Positions 61,657 to 64,000 of a DNA stretch of 64,000 bases are shown here, one piece after another. A program made the translations under genes and the position numbers. Below the pieces are notes generated by a model. That model ran no database searches, was not told the origin of the DNA, and saw only the letters and a list, made by a program, of their open reading frames with translations. Source of the stretch: Takakia lepidozioides. Its lineage: Eukaryota; Plantae; Bryophyta. How positions within the stretch are numbered: the stretch's first letter is position 1; each line of letters starts with the position of its first letter. The stretch lies in assembly GCA_030704615.1 (NCBI GenBank), contig CM060732.1:79732001-79796000 (forward strand), written 5' to 3'.

Positions 61657-64000
61657 ATGACGAGGCGTCGTTTGTTGGAGAACACAGGGCCAAGGCAGAA
61701 GGTGAACGCGGAGACTGATTCACAAGAGCAGACCGAGACTGAGGCAGCGGCTGTGACACAGTCGGCGATAACAGTGCGCGTTGGAAACCAGCCTGTGGAT
61801 GCAGAGATGACTCGCAGGGAAACTGAAGGAGGTGGAAGTACGAGGAACGTTGAACCGGGAGAAGGTCCAGAAACCCTAGAGCAGACAGAAATTCAAGCAG
61901 ATGTGAGAGGGAAGAGGAAAGCTGCAGAAGGGGATCCAATTTCAAAACCTAAGAAGGCGCCAGTAAGTTTTCTCTAAATTACATTTCATTGTTGAAGATC
62001 TGGGTAGAGATTGAGTGGAATGTCCCAGAAAGGGATTGTTGCTACCGACCATGAAACAACGGTGATTTGCTTTCTACTCCTCTGTTAAGGGTTTACCGCA
62101 CAATGAGTGGATGACTAACGGTACCGTCATTCACTGTTGTTCAGATCATACAGTCTGTCTGATTGCCTTTCAAGCAGTCCTTCCTCTTCCCTTCTTTAGC
62201 AGGAACATGTGATTGAAGTCTACTGAATTGTGAGCGTCGTTAACGCCATTCGATTCTCCTCATGAGATTTATGTACCTATGTGTTTGAAGAGAGAGTGAG
62301 GGTCGACATATTCAGTCATATTGTTTTTCAATGCATTTTCTTTTGTTTGAGGTTGAACAGATAGAAAAGTGGAAAGGCGGTACCGCCAATCAAAGATTTG
62401 AAGACCATATTGTAGATTCAGGTAGAGTATCGATTGGAAAGTACTCTCAACATAGACAAGAAACAGTGAATGTTTGCGACGTTCATCACAATGGAGTCAA
62501 TCTGAATAATTTGCACTTATTGTCCGCCCTAAACTATACTGAATGTCGTTGCCGCCTTTTTACTTACACATATATGTCATTGCACAACACCGATCCGGCA
62601 GGTCCCACTCTTTTGTGATTGTCGTTAACGCAGTTCGCTCTTGCTCAAAACCTTTCTGTTCCTGTGTCCCTAGAATCATAGTGTTTTGTTTTGAATTCGG
62701 CATGATCAACTTTGCTTGTGTAGATGGTTCTGAATTTGTTTCACACCATTCATTGTGAGTTGAGACGAGACAGAGTGATGGTCGTTACCACCGTTCACTA
62801 TTTGCACATTACTCAGTCAGATTTGAATGGCATCGTGCAGAAAACTGTGAGGTCCAAGCCTACAGGATCAGAGGGGAAAAGATCTGGAGATGGGGACGAG
62901 TCTGGAAAATGCTTAGAGAATAACGATGAAGCAGATGAATCTAAAGTGCACTACCTTGACAAGGTGAAAGAACTCATGTCATTCCAGAAGGTAAACTCTC
63001 AGGAGGTTATAAGGGACATGCTCATATCTGGAGGGCGTCTGGACATCCCTCTATGTCAGATGATATCTATGCCTATTGTGCGTCCACCTCTTTCCCATGA
63101 CATAACAAAATTGGAGAGTGATTTCGTGCATGGATACAGACTTGGCGCACAAGTTTTTTATGTGTCACTGACGGATATAAATGGGAAAAACACATTAGTG
63201 TCTCCAGAGATCAGTGATACCTGGGATGAGTGCTGGAAAGATGCTAATGAGGAGTTCGAGCTCGGCCTCATAATGGGAAAGAACACCCAGCAATTCTGCA
63301 ACCACGTGTTCTACGTCTAGGACGGCAACCACCGATTGCTTGCATGGATGGGATACATTCAGAAACATCATGCGAAAGACAAAGACAAGCATGTTGTTGT
63401 GGAGGCAATGGTTTTGGATCCTGGAAATGACATCGCTAGGCTTCTTACAGCTATGCACGACGTGAAGAAGTAAGTCATCCTACAGACTTCATTCCCTCTG
63501 TAGTGTCTTGTTAATCCCAAAAAAACAGTGTTAAGGAATGCAATGTTTCCAATGTTTTTGCAGATCGACAAAGAAATTGCATGTGATAACAAGCTTGGTC
63601 CACACACTATTCCGAATTCAGAGGATTGGTCTGATGAAGCTGGATGATTTTCGGACAGTACTCCCCCCCAATATAATCAAGAAGTGCAAAACAGGAAGAG
63701 CTGCAGACACTTGGTATTCTTTGACTCGAGAGGCGTTTCTGGAGTACATGTATGCGGTAAGCCCGAGTCTGTACTCAGTTTACTTTTCGAATACATGTTT
63801 GTAGTCCTTCGGTGCTAATCACTATTTGAATCAATGCAGCAAGAACTGGCAGAGGCAGTTGAGAAGGGAAAATCTGAATATTACCGCACTACACCAGAGG
63901 AACTAAGGACATCAAAGGGTGTGGAAGCAGCAAGAAAGAAGGAGTTTGAAATGCGAAGAACCAAATTGATGTCTGCCTTCATTGTCGGATGTGAGATCTG
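61657..64000 (+). pseudogene. Multi-exon gene with a ParB-like domain, divergent from the MULE transposase; runs off the window
   Basis: IVRPPL..DITKLESDF...FYV*DGNHRLLAW (TAG probably from TGG) matches the ParB/Srx DGxHR motif; GT-AG introns are present. Confidence 0.6.

Overview
A transposon-dense eukaryotic window, most likely from a non-seed land plant (bryophyte, lycophyte or fern). The lineage is inferred from the eIF2-gamma exon, PLS-type PPR fragments, spliceosomal introns and the transposon spectrum; the species cannot be determined. Host genes are few: the last exon of eIF2-gamma (plus a disrupted duplicate), an intronless RimJ/RimL-type GNAT acetyltransferase and PPR remnants. The rest is nested mobile DNA: Copia pieces, a ~14.4 kb CACTA element, Mutator-type and Sola-like transposases, a MITE, a LINE fragment and a Crypton-like tyrosine recombinase relic. 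The main find is a set of Ty3/gypsy-type retroelements (Gag, RT, RNase H, DDE integrase, C-terminal PHD finger) that lack ordinary LTRs. They have split direct repeats (A1-internal-B1-GC-A2-B2), the end architecture known from tyrosine-recombinase retrotransposons. A palindromic (C/T)GACA-GC-TGTC(A/G) junction is seen in three separate copies from at least two divergent families (one copy has a single substitution), and the one complete copy has a 4-bp target-site duplication. A second theme is ParB-like and methyltransferase-like cargo genes lying head-to-head with DNA transposases.
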